From NCBI RefSeq assembly GCF_009914755.1, contig NC_060925.1: a stretch of 64,000 bases of DNA. One strand, written 5' to 3'. The notes under the pieces were generated by a model. It was not told the DNA's origin. It saw only the letters and a program-made list of their open reading frames with translations, and searched no databases. The stretch comes from the human T2T-CHM13v2.0 reference genome, Homo sapiens. Shown here one piece after another: positions 29,806 to 47,934 of this stretch (its first letter is position 1; each line of letters starts with the position of its first letter). Both the position numbers and the translations under genes were made by a program.

Positions 29806-30050
29806 TTTTTTTTTATTATTACTATTATTATTATTATTATTTTTAATTATACTTTAAGTTTTAGGGTACATGTGCACATTGTGCAGGTTAGTTACATATG
29901 TATACATATGCCATGCTGGTGCGCTGCACCCACCAACTCGTCATCTAGCATTAGGTATATCTCCCAATGCTATCCCTCCCCCCTCCCCCCTCCACACCAC
30001 AGTCCCCAGAGTGTGATATTCCCCTTCCTGTGTCCATGTGATCTCATTGT

Positions 30051-33902
<3,852 letters not shown>

Positions 33903-33941
33903 TCATTAGTTGATGCAGTTTCTTCCTAGTCTCGATGGTCT

Positions 33942-34958
33942 TTACATTTTGGCATGATTTTGCAGTGGCTGGTACCGGTTGTTTCTTTCCATGTTTAGCG
34001 CTTCCTTCAGGAGCTCTTTTAGGGCAGGCCTGGTGGTGACAAAATCTCTCAGCATTTGCTTGTCTGTAAAGTATTTTATTTCTCCTTCACTTATGAAGCT
34101 TAGTTTGGCTGGATATGAAATTCTGGGTTGAAAATTATTTTCTTTAAGAATGTTGAATATTGGCCCCCACTCTCTTCTGGCTTGTAGGGTTTCTGCCGAG
34201 AGATCCGCTGTTAGTCTGATGGGCTTCCCTTTGAGGGTAACCCGACCTTTCTCTCTGGCTGCCCTTAACATTTTTTCCTTCATTGCAACTTTGGTGAATC
34301 TGACAATTATGTGTCTTGGAGTTGCTCTTCTCGAGGAGTATCTTTATGGCGTTCTCTGTATTTCCTGAATCTGAACGTTGGCCTGCCTTGCTAGATTGGG
34401 GAAGTTCTCCTGGATAATATCCTGCAGAGTGTTTTCCAACTTGGTTCCATTCTCCGCGTCACTTTCAGGTACACCAATCAGACGTAGATTTGGTCTTTTC
34501 ACATAGTCCCATATTTCTTGGAGGCTTTGCTCATTTCTTTTTATTCTTTTTTCTCTAAACTTCCCTTCTCGCTTCATTTCATTCATTTCATCTTCCATTG
34601 CTGATACCCTTTCTTCCAGTTGATCGCATCGGCTCCTGAGGCTTCTGCATTCTTCATGTAGTTCTCGAGCCTTGGTTTTCAGCTCCATCAGCTCCTTTAA
34701 GCACTTCTCTGTATTGGTTATTCTAGTTATACATTCCTCTAAATTTTTTTCAAAGTCTTCAACTTCTTTGCCTTTGGTTTGAATGTCCTCCCGTAGCTCA
34801 GAGTAATTTGATCGTCTGAAGCCTTCCTCTCTCAGCTCGTCAAAATCATTCTCCATCCAGCTTTGTTCCGTTGCTGGTGAGGAACTGCGTTCCTTTGGAG
34901 GAGGAGAGGCGCTCTGCGTTTTAGAGTTTCCAGATTTTCTGTTCTGTTTTTTCCCCAT
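33942..34958 (-). pseudogene. LINE-1 ORF1 with a single in-frame nonsense codon (Q205*)
   Basis: 1017-nt span = 338 codons plus stop. The two ORF pieces (34344-34958, 33942-34283) are in one frame, separated by TAA at 34344-34346 in AGA ACG CCA TAA AGA TAC (consensus CAA). Confidence 0.93.
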
Positions 34959-35852
34959 CTTTGTGGTTTTATCTACTTTTGGTCTTTGATGATGGTGATG
35001 TACAGATGGGTTTTCAGTGTGGATGTCCTTTCTGTTTGTTAGTTTTCCTTCTAACAGACAGGACCCTCAGCTGCAGGTCTGTTGGAATACCCTGCTGTGT
35101 GAGGTGTCAGTGTGCCCCTGCTGGGGGGTGCCTCCCAGTTAGGCTGCTTGGGGGTCGGGGTCAGGGACCCACTTGAGGAGGCAGTCTGCCCATTCTCAGA
35201 TCTCCAGCTGCGTGCTGGGAGAACCACTGCTCTCTTCAAAGCTGTCAGACAGGGACATTTAAGTCTGCAGAGGTTACTGCTGTCTTTTTGTTTGTCTGTG
35301 CCCTGCCCCCAGAGGTGGAGCCTACAGAGGCAGGCAAGCCTCCTTGACCTGTGGTGGGCTCCACCCAGTTTGAGCTTCCCGGCTGCTTTGTTTACCTAAG
35401 CAAGCCTGGGCAATGGCGGGCGCCCCTCCCCCAGCCTTGCTGCCGCCTTGCAGTTTGATCTCAGACTGCTGTGCTAGCAATCAGCGAGATTCCGTGGGCG
35501 TAGGGCCCTCCGAGCCAGGTGTGGGATATAGTCTCGTGGTGCGCCGTTTTTTAAGCCGGTCTGAAAAGCACAATATTCGGGTGGGAGTGACCCGATTTTC
35601 CAGGTGCGTCCGTCACCCCTTTCTTTGACTCGGAAAGGGAACTACCTGACCCCTTGTGCTTCCCAGGTGAGGCAATGCCTTGCCCTGCTTAGGCTCGCGC
35701 ACAGTGCGCGCACCCACTGGCCTGCGCCCACTGTCTGGCACTCCCTAGTGAGATGAACCTGGTACCTCAGATGGAAATGCAGAAATCACCCGTCTTCTGC
35801 GTCGCTCACGCTGGGAGCTGTAGACCAGAGCTGTTCCTATTTGGCCATCTTG
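34959..35852 (-). promoter_or_regulatory. L1 5'UTR internal sense promoter and antisense promoter; YY1 core at 35843-35852
   Basis: CpG-rich L1PA 5'UTR; terminal 'caagatggcc' retained, with ~11 nt of the consensus G-rich start missing. Confidence 0.85.
35413..35628 (+). CDS. LINE-1 ORF0 (primate antisense ORF, 71 aa), intact
   Basis: MAGAPPPALLPPCSLISDCCASNQRDSVGVGPSEPGVGYSLVVRRFLSRSEKHNIRVGVTRFSRCVRHPFL matches the known ORF0 in sequence and length. Confidence 0.88.
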   Translation: MAGAPPPALLPPCSLISDCCASNQRDSVGVGPSEPGVGYSLVVRRFLSRSEKHNIRVGVTRFSRCVRHPFL

Positions 35853-37616
<1,764 letters not shown>

Positions 37617-40600
37617 TCAGGTATGCAAAAATCCTATTCATAAATATGTGAGCTTAGTACCTACCTCTGCCTACACGTACATGCAAAAAATTTAACATGG
37701 CTTTAATAAACACTGTTTTTTTCCAAGAATGCAAGTAAGGTGTAAACCAAGGAAAGGTTATAGTGAATTTGTTCATAATTTTATCCAAAAATATCATCAT
37801 TTTAGAAAATCATATCACCAAATACATTGTCATTCATTATATTTGATTTATTAATACAACACTACCATATCAATCAACATTTGTAGCAGTTATGTTTATA
37901 GCGATTCCACACACAAATACAAATATTGGAACTCTTTATTATGGTTTCTATTTGCCTGGATATATGCATATTTGTTTTTCCTTATGGAGAAGTCCTACCC
38001 AACCTGTAGACGTGCATAAAATGTCATCTCCTCTGGGAAGTCATATCTGACTTCCCCAAGCAAAGATAATTATTGCTTCTCTGTGTTCCCACAGAACATT
38101 GTTTATACCTTTCTTACAGAATTATTACTTTTTAATTATGTGTATCTTTTTACCTCTAGTGATTATGGTTTCTCATCAGAAGAGTCTAATCTCTTTTTAT
38201 CACTACTTTCCCTGTCTCCACCCTATGTATGACATAATGCTTGGCACAATGTCAGTAATCTATAAAAAGTCATTGAATTACTAAAACAAAAAAAGGACTT
38301 TTAGGACCTAATTTGATTTGAATACTAACTATTGTTTTTTTGCTTATCTGTTAAGAGCATAGTGGTCATGTTGTATTCTAAGTCATCAAAAGAACAAACA
38401 GATATTTACATTTACAGTGTATTAAGATAAACAATTACAATATAATGAGATGAAGTAGTCAAAGAAAACAAGACACTACAAAACATGCATGTATTGACAC
38501 AGACACAAAAGGAGAGGAAAAAAAACTAAGCCTGCAGTGTTAATTCAATATAATGGTTGATTATTTTAATGTACAAGGCAGGAAATACAAAGTTATTATT
38601 CTCAGAGAAATAATATCTCAATTACATTCTACATGCACATAAAACCATTAAAAATAATGACATTTACAGCAGTACAAAATAAGGTGGCAGAGTTATTGTT
38701 GCTATGGAATAACTTTTATATTTATTGACTTCTGTGCATTTTAATATTCAACCACATAGTTGTTTCACCCATATTTTCAGATTCAAACTCTTTACTCTTC
38801 TTTTAAAATGCCCCAAACTCAGCAAAGGCAGCATGAATTACTAAGAATTCAGATTTCACAGTCACATAGATTTAAGATTGAATCCACCTACTTCAGATAC
38901 ATACTGCAGTATAACATACTTTGTTAAGTAATTTAACCTCTTTGAGTCTGTTTATTTCCCTTAAAATATTGTTCTGAAGGTTATGTAAAACACATGTAAA
39001 TTACTTAGAACATAGTATTCACTCAGTAAGTAGTTGGTTATTATTATTAGTCATCATCCTTATCATTACTATTATTAAGACACCTGTATATTAAAGAAAA
39101 TGTATTTAGTGAAAAGAATAAAAGATTCAGTTCTATAAAGTATAAAGAAAGATTTGGAAAAGGAAAGAAATAATTTAAATTGAAACCATGAAGAATATCT
39201 TGGTGAAAAGTAATGTAAAGTAACACTGAATACTGTAGCATCCAGTTAAATTACACACTAAAACACCCTTATATAGTATGCAAAATATTTGTCCCCAAAC
39301 ATAGAGACAGAATAACACAATGGTTTTTTTCAATTTAAGGAAGTTAGAGATGGAGGATAAAATAATTGTGGCTTATCTTTACAGAAGTAAAGGTCTCATT
39401 CTAATAATGTTATTATTATTATATGCCTTGCTGACATTGGTTCTACAGCCTTTAAAAAATAATGTATGAATAATGAATATTTAGCAAGAAAATTATGAAC
39501 ATATTTTGGGGCAGAGGGAACAAAGAAAAATGTGTATCTATAGATGTAGCATGTACCTGGTGAAATAATATAATTATAATCTCATTTCACTCTTATAAAT
39601 AGGCCTGCTGAAACATCTAGAAATAGACTTTAGGGCTGTGTAAATTTTTGATATTTAAATGGGTTATGCTGCTGATGGATGTGAAAAAAGCTCGATTTGT
39701 TTCATTTTTACATTGAAAACTACTTCACACAAATTATGAGCAGTTCATATTGGTCAAAGTGAAGAAAACAGCTTATTAATTAAAACTGACCTTTTTATAT
39801 GACACGTATTTCACCTCAGAAGCTAAAACACCTTCGAAGAGGTAAAAAATTACCTCTATGTATAAGTGACATGTAGTTAAATGAGTCTGTCAAAAGTTCC
39901 ATTATAAAGCCATATTTCCAGGGCTTCATAATTTTGAAAGAAAATTACATTAAAGATGAGTTGTAACCCACAAATTCTCAGCCAAAAGGATAAATCTAAA
40001 ATTTCTACTTGTGGATGTTTTAGGGAAGATAATCTATATGTTTGGAAACTTTAGTCTCAGTGAACTAGTACCCATTATATAGCTTCTTCCTAGCATTTTA
40101 TAAAATCTTTCCATGTTACTTCTCATTGAAAATCTATCTACAAGATATACTGCAATAACTCACCAAAAAAACCCCTAAACATTAAAAAAAAAATTTCTCA
40201 AATACACATACCCTAATTCTCCCTAGTCACATAGTCTACAACACAAACAAGACATCTTGGTTTGTTAAGCTACAATCAATTAGAGGATGTTTCAATTACC
40301 AAATATGTATTGAAGATCTATTTTTGCACCCACCCTGTCTTGTGCCCAGAACTAAGGAGAACATATAAGACACATAAGCTATATATCAAACTATCACTCA
40401 ATAAAAGAATAAGGATATACAAACAAATACTATAGTCTCAAAAAGTTGACCATCTAGTTAAGGACTATACTAAAAACAATAAAACAAATAATGAAAAAAT
40501 GTTCTACTTCTTCAAGAAGGGAAAATTCAGTACAGACAATATAGTTTTGTAACACAGAGTTTGAAGAAATGTGGACCTAAGGCTGAATACTTGGTTGGCC

Positions 40601-41810
40601 ACTTTTGGGGCATATGACCATGGATGAGACCAAATTCAGCAAGTGATGATCTTGGACTTCTCTATTTTCATCGCACAGTTGTGGGGAAAAAAACAGTGGC
40701 TCATTTTTCCCTGAAAGGGGAGTTTGCATACAATTTTCCAACCTTTTACAGTAAGTGATTTCCCTCCCTTGGTCTTACACAGGAATCACTTACACCTTTT
40801 TCTATTTTGTATTATAGTTAATTACATATGCCTTAATGTCCACTTCCCAACCAGTCACTTAAACACTAACCTTCTACTTATGTGATAGTCATAGTGCAAA
40901 TAACTATATATTCTTTGTATACTTTTAATTGAGATACCTATATTCAGAGAAGCAGCATCTATGCCTTCCTCACAAAAGGCTTCCTGGAGAGCATGCCACC
41001 TGAACTACCTCAAATATGTGTGAAAATGAGTTCCAAGAAGATTATGCACGGAGGAACAAAGTATTAACCTGAGTCTGGAGAGAGAAAAAGTAGCTAGATC
41101 ATGGAAGGCATTGTATGATATGCTAAGAAGGTTAGATTGTATCCTAAAGAGAGTAAAAACCAATCCCTGAAAAAAATAAAGCAAGGCAGTGGTACAATCT
41201 AGCCTTGGGGCTCAAAGCCCAGAGTATTTTCACAGAGAGGAGAAAAAATAAAGCTGCTTCTGTGATGATGACTTGAACACAGTAGGTGAAGTGTGGTAAA
41301 TAAATAAGGGAAGCAGGAGTGTTAGAGGAGCAAGAAGTCTGGGATGGTTCACCCTGTCATGCAGAAGCAGAGACCATTCTCCTTCCATACAGACTGCACT
41401 GTTTCAGGAAGGCATAATGACAGATCAGCCTTTGGAGAATTTACATATGTAATCTTGTCAAGCTCTACAACTGCATTCTGGTTCCCAAATTAGACTTGCA
41501 CTTCTAAATGAAATTTTAATTTATATGCTAAAAACAGAACCCTTAAAAACAACATCTGGCTGGTTTTCCTAATTTATTTCTGCCAGATTCAATTTTCAAA
41601 GAGTTCCAGCACAATGTTCTCCAAATTGTGGCCTATCAAAGGAATTTGGTGGTCTCATTAATCTCCCTCAGCATTTACCAGGTACTCACTCTGTGCTAGG
41701 CGTTGTGATAAGTGCTGGAGATCCAGATATGAATAAGACTTAGGATATCCTTCAAGGAGTATAGGCAAGGAAGGTGGAGTAAACAAGTGTAATAAAGTGC
41801 TTTACATTTT

Positions 41811-41945
41811 GTGATATATATATATATATACATTGTGTGTATATATATACATTGTATATATATATATGTGTATGTATATATATATACATTGTGTGTATAT
41901 ATATACATTGTATATATATGTGTGTGTGTATATATACACATTGTA
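41811..41945. repeat. Compound (TA)n/(TG)n repeat punctuated by CATTG
   Basis: Repeating 'tatatatacattgt(gt)' units. Confidence 0.9.
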
Positions 41946-42819
41946 GAATGGAGATCTAAACAAAGAGGTAAAAAAACTCCCTATGTTAGGAAGGGGAGAA
42001 GGAAGAATCCAGATAGTTTTTTTTAGAAAAAAGGTAACATGATACAAACTGAGTCTTCAGTAGCTACCCACAAGACAGCCAAGGTATGAAGTTGTGAATC
42101 TGGAAAAGATAAGTTGTTCTAAAATGAAAGGCCCGGAGATTCAAAAGAACAGCTGGGAGAATTTATAGAAGTCATACTATAAACAAGCTTATATGGGTAT
42201 ATAAAAATGTGTATTTATGCCATAAACAATTGAAATTATTAATGGATCTTAAGCAGTGAGTATTTTCAATATTTGCTTTGTACAATAGAAAGACCCTTCT
42301 GGCAGTAAAATGGACAATTAATTGAAGAATTAAGATTGTCCAATAAAACTGGACAGCAAATGCAGTTGGGAGATCAAAACAATAGTCTAGATGAAAGATT
42401 ATGAGAGTCTGAACAAAAGCAAAAACAGTGGAGGTGAAAATGACAGATATCTGCATGGCGTACCGAACAATTAGTTGTTGTTATTCCCCTAATTCTTGCA
42501 TCCCATTCTTAGGAATACATTCCTCTTACAAATTAATCAATGATAATAAGTGAATATAAGAGAAAAGATGATAAAAATAAAAAACTGCAACCTTCAAACA
42601 TGGCAATATTAAATTCTCACATTTCCTGGGAAAAATTGATCACTCAAACAGGTTCAACATTTTTATTTAAGACTTAGAAAAAATAAGTGTTTGTTACATA
42701 ATTTTTTCAGATATTTTCAGACGGGAGGCTAGCCATAAGCATAGATGTCAGACTCCAGATTCAAACTACCTTCATAAACAAAAATGTTAAGCCAAAATTA
42801 ACAAAGATAAACATAGATC

Positions 42820-43550
42820 ATGCACAGATCTTGCATTTAGCTTGTGCAAGAAATCAACTGCACAAATATTGATCCAGCCTACTGGAAAGAAATGTGAAAA
42901 AAGTAATCTCAAAGTTTTAATTGATCAATATTATAAAAAATTAACACAACTTACCATAACATTAACAGAAGTTAGTTCTGAACATGTAGAATAAGTTTTA
43001 ATGCACTATGTACTGATCAGACCATAGTTGAAGAACTTTGGTCCATTTCAGGTATCACATTTTAAGAAATACACTAACTACAGTATTTACATAGGGAAAG
43101 AATCATGACCTATTGAGTCATATGAGATTCATATCCAATAAAAAGCTGAAAAAACCTTAGTGACAATAACAAATTTGTCTATACAACCACTACAGAGTAG
43201 CTATTCCTAATATTTAATTAATAAATAAGAGTTAAACTAAAGGGATACATTACAACTGTCTTCAAAAATTTGAAGAGTTAACAAGTAAAAGAAGGATGGG
43301 ACTACCAGACTTGCACTATTAGATTGGATAACAGCCACCAATGGGTAGATTTCAGCTCAATAGATGAAAAAATAAATATCTAATGAACATAACCACCCAA
43401 CAGTGAAATAAGACCATAGTAAATTGCTCTCCTTTTTCATGAGAGGCAGTTAAAGCAGAGACTGATCAATATTTGGGTTTTCTGTAAAATGGCATCTTCC
43501 TTGAATAGGAAGTTGGACAAGATGGCCTCGTAGTATCCACAAAAGTCTAT
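42820..43550 (+). mobile_element. CR1/L3-like ancient LINE remnant
   Basis: 'tgtactgatcagaccatagttgaag...tccatttcaggtatcacattttaagaa' and the 3' 'aagttggacaagatggcctc...tctatgattc' resemble L3. Confidence 0.5.
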
Positions 43551-43869
43551 GATTCAAAGAACTTACTAAGCATGTACTATATGTTCAGCTAGTACAAAAT
43601 AACAAAAAACAAAATAAATAAAGTATATGGCTTCTGCTCTAAATATGCTTATTTTAAAGTTGAGAAGATTCAATCAATATATGTGAAACAATTAAATTGT
43701 TCACAGTTGTTCACAATTAATAACTGTTAAACAATTAAAGAATAATTAAATAACAAACTACATACTACACAAGATTAGAGATGAACTCATCGGAAAGACC
43801 TCGTGTAGTTGGTGGAAAATGAGTTAGTTCCTGAAGGATGAACAACTTTTGCTTTTAATGTTTTCATCA

Positions 43870-44030
43870 GCCAAGTGTGGTGGTACCCATCTGTAGTCGT
43901 AGCTACTCCAGAAGCTGAGGCAGGAGGTTCACTTGAGCCCAGGAGTTCAAGGATTCAGGGAGCTATCACCACACCACCTCACTTCAGCCAGGAGTGACAG
44001 AGCAAGACCCTGTCTTAAATAAATAAATAA
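43870..44030 (+). mobile_element. Free Alu monomer (FRAM/FAM-like)
   Basis: Single right-arm-type monomer with (TAAA)n tail; TSD ttttcatca at 43861-43869 and 44034-44042. Confidence 0.8.
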
Positions 44031-44173
44031 GCATTTTCATCAACTGACTAATAAAATAATACTTTTTTTCTTTTTCAATTCACTGAAGTGATGACATATT
44101 TTGTATTTTCTAATATATGAGTGGGAAAATTGATCCATGACTATGTAACCTAAATATAGAAATAATCAGGTTT

Positions 44174-44468
<295 letters not shown>

Positions 44469-45224
44469 CTAAATTTAAACTTCACAACAGATAATACACT
44501 ATTCTTGTCTCCTCACATTGCCGAACAAAGTGTCTTAAATAGAATAGATAAGTTATAAAACCTTGAATGAATGGATGAATAAGTGATTAAATTAAGGAAT
44601 ACAAATGTAGAAGCTCTCTCAGATTATGCTTATATCATTTCAATAAGTTTAAAGAGGTGAAAATTACACGTATTGAACCACTGAAGGCAAAATGAATCAA
44701 TCGGGATTCAAAGTAGAATTTGGTGAAAAACAACAAAAATAGCTACTACTTTTTGAGCACTTACAATGTGTGAGACATTGGGCTAAGCATTTTATACATT
44801 ATTTTGCATAACAGAAAAATCCTAGGGAATAGTTCTTAATTCCTTTATTTTACTGATAAGAAAAAATTGAGGCTTAAACGGTTAACTTTCCCAATATCAC
44901 ACAGAATTAGTGAAAAGGCTGTAATTAAAATCCAGCTCTGATTTCAAAATCATGACTCATTCATGCATTTATTCCTTCAATAAATAATTGAGTGCCAACT
45001 GCAACTCAGAAAAGTTCTAAGTGTGGAGACAACAGCAGATAAGAAAGACAACACTCATTCAGGGGCCCTTGCAGCAAATATTACTGTGTGCCACTTATTT
45101 GCCAGACATTGTTCTACGCATTTGTTACGACATGGAGGAGAAAAAAAAAGTCAAAATCTCTGCCTCTATGGAATTTATATTCTGGTTGGAGAGATACTTA
45201 ATAAATATATAAGTAAATAATACT

Positions 45225-45623
45225 ATGGTAGATTTATAAATATATAATTCCACCAAATCCCACTTCCTCTTCTTTCCTGGGTATATAAACTGACTGCATT
45301 TCCCAGTCTCCCTTGCATTTAGATAAGGTCATGTGACGGAACTCTAGGCAATATAACTGTAGGAAAAAGAGATTATTTCATTTCCAGACCTTCTTTCAAA
45401 CATAATCCTCCATACTCTTTCCCAATTCACCAGCCAAAAACAGAAAAACATGATCTTAGCAGATGGAGGAGGCATATATAAGAAAGAGCTTGACTCCCTA
45501 AATGACTAGATGACTCTCTAGTAAGCCCAAAACTATGATCAGAGTAAGAAATAGATTTTATTGTTTAGTCAATTAAATTTGGGGTTCATCTGGCATAACA
45601 GTAAGCCCATGCACATTAATACA
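45225..45623 (+). mobile_element. Old MaLR LTR (MLT1-like) between L2-like remnants
   Basis: 'catttcccagtctcccttgcatttagataaggtcatgtgac...gagtaagaaatagattttattg...taataca'. Confidence 0.6.
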
Positions 45624-46031
45624 AATATAAATGACAGGTAGTAAAATGTGCTATGAAGAAAAATAAAACAATGAGATTGAGAGAGGAGGTACTACTTTAG
45701 ATAAGATGGTAGGGAAGAATTCTCTGAAGAAATGACATTTTATTTGACCCCTGAGTTAAGGGAGACAGTAATTTCTGTGAAGATCTAGGCAAAAAGCATC
45801 AGAGGTAGAAGAAAGAAAAAGTGTAAAGATGCTGAAGAAGAAGCAAACTTGTAACATTCAAGGAACAGAAAGAACTAAAAGAAATTGAGAGCACTATTCC
45901 ATTGCCTTTAATTGTACACTTCTGATGCAAAATGGAAAAAAATAAGTGAGCAAGTTAACTTCCCTCCTCCCAAAATATCACTGAAATGGAATGAAGATGT
46001 GTAAGGAAAGTTCTAATTTCTTCATCTGTAT

Positions 46032-46244
46032 CAGTGATTCTCAACCCTGGGCAATTTTGCTGCTCAAGGGATGTTTAACAATGACTACAGACATTTTCAT
46101 TTGTCACAACTGTAGGAGGTGCTAGTGGCATCTAGATGGTAGAGGCCACAGATGTTGATCAATAACCTATAATGCACAGAAATAACCCCACAACAAAGAA
46201 TTATCTGGCTCAAAATGTCAATAGTCCAAGGTTGAGGCATCCTA
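46032..46244 (+). mobile_element. MER20 hAT-Charlie DNA transposon relic
   Basis: TIR-like 'cagtgattctcaacc...ggttgaggcatcct'; internal 'ggcatctagatggtagaggcc', 'caacaaagaattatctggctcaaaatgtcaatagt'. Confidence 0.82.
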
Positions 46245-47934
46245 ACCTAGTAAGTCAAAGAAGGGTGCTTGAAAGTGAAACCTGATATAAACCCCGAAAG
46301 GTGAGTAAAAATTACGTTGGTGAAGAAGAGAAAGTGGTCTAGGCTAATGAACTTGCAATCCAAAGGCTAGCAGAAAGATGTATCAGGGTGTACAGAAACC
46401 TCAACAGAATTGATAAGACAAGAACATAGAATATGAAGAGGAGTTAACAATGCAGACTCTCCTCCATCCAGTAATACTGGTCTCCCCATTCATTCCCATG
46501 CCACTATCCATGTTGCTTTCATTACAAAGAATTGAGTATTCACTTAACACTTTGAGACTAAGTGAAAAACAAAGCTTAAAGTTTAAGCCCCTGTCTTCAG
46601 AGCTACATCATCCATTCCAAAACATTTCAATTTCAACTTGCTGGATAAGACGGCAGCTGAGAGGCAGCAGGGTAAACTGGAAAAAGCCCTGATCTGGAAC
46701 TAAAAAAACAAAGGACCAGAGGGACAGAGCATGATGGCCAAATAAACACACACTGCAATCAGTGAACAAGATAGCAACAAATGCCAACAGTCTCCTTTCC
46801 TGGAAGTTCACCAGAAGCACCAACAAATAGTATCTTCTCAACCTGGCAACCTAAGTACTTGCTTTGAGTTTGGTAAGGACAATTAATATCTTTTAATAAC
46901 TATATTATCAATTTATAAAATTGTCAATTTTAATATGTATTCTCTATCAAATCTATCTGCCTTTCTCTGACTTGTTAAAGCTAAGGGAAAAAAAGTATAT
47001 TGATAAGCTCTCAAATGGCTGATACAAGGTCCCTCCTCAATTCCAATCATTCCCACTATTAAACAGTATGGTAAAGTAGCACCTCCAAATTATTCATTCC
47101 TTCTACTTAGTGTGCTAAATTAAGCACATGCAAATTATTGCATCCCATTTGATTTTTTTACCTAGTATGTACTTCATTTTATCTTTTCATACATACCTGA
47201 CCTGTTCCCTTCTATAATACCAATGCTTTTTGCCAATCACTGTACCTTCTATGCTTGCTCTATCTCCCTACCATTTCTTTTCCTTTACACCACATGCTTA
47301 ACCATTACCATCTTCATCAAGCATCACCCCCTTAATGGTACACTCTGCTTCAGAGGCTTCAAAAACCTTTTCTCCCTGAAGTCCTTACAAAAATACTATG
47401 AGATAAGCTGAATAAGTATTATTATTCATATTTTGTAGATGAGAAGACTAGATGTCACCTATTCCTCACACTTTTCTGTTTCATACTTGCTCTTACCTTT
47501 CAACTTCAGTAAATTCTCCTTTCTTCTTTACCTCTTATTTCCAGTTTACCCCATTATTCATGGTAGTCTGCTACTGACTACTCCTTTCTTAGCTACTTCA
47601 GTCCCTGTTCTCTTCTCTTTTCCTAATACTTTGCAGTTTTGTTCTACTCTTCACAGTCTTAGAAATAGTATAAATAGAAGTCCAGCCAGGAGACACTAAA
47701 TAAAATACATTAGAGGCATGCCAGGGTTGTCAAGAAGCTCCCTAAGAAACAGGTCCACCAAAGTGAAAGAAATGGAAAATCAACAATCCTTAGAAGGGAA
47801 GGAAGAAGGTGCAAAAATCCATGAAGTCATGTCTTTGCTTCCATTGTTATACCCAGCTATATCTTTTAGTATAGCTGAGAGGCAGCAGAGTATACTGGAA
47901 AAAGCCCTGATCTGGAACTAAGAAAACACAGGAC

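Noticed and set aside
41696-42047. Tyr/Ile-rich ORFs
   Set aside because: Translation of a (TA)n/(TG)n repeat.
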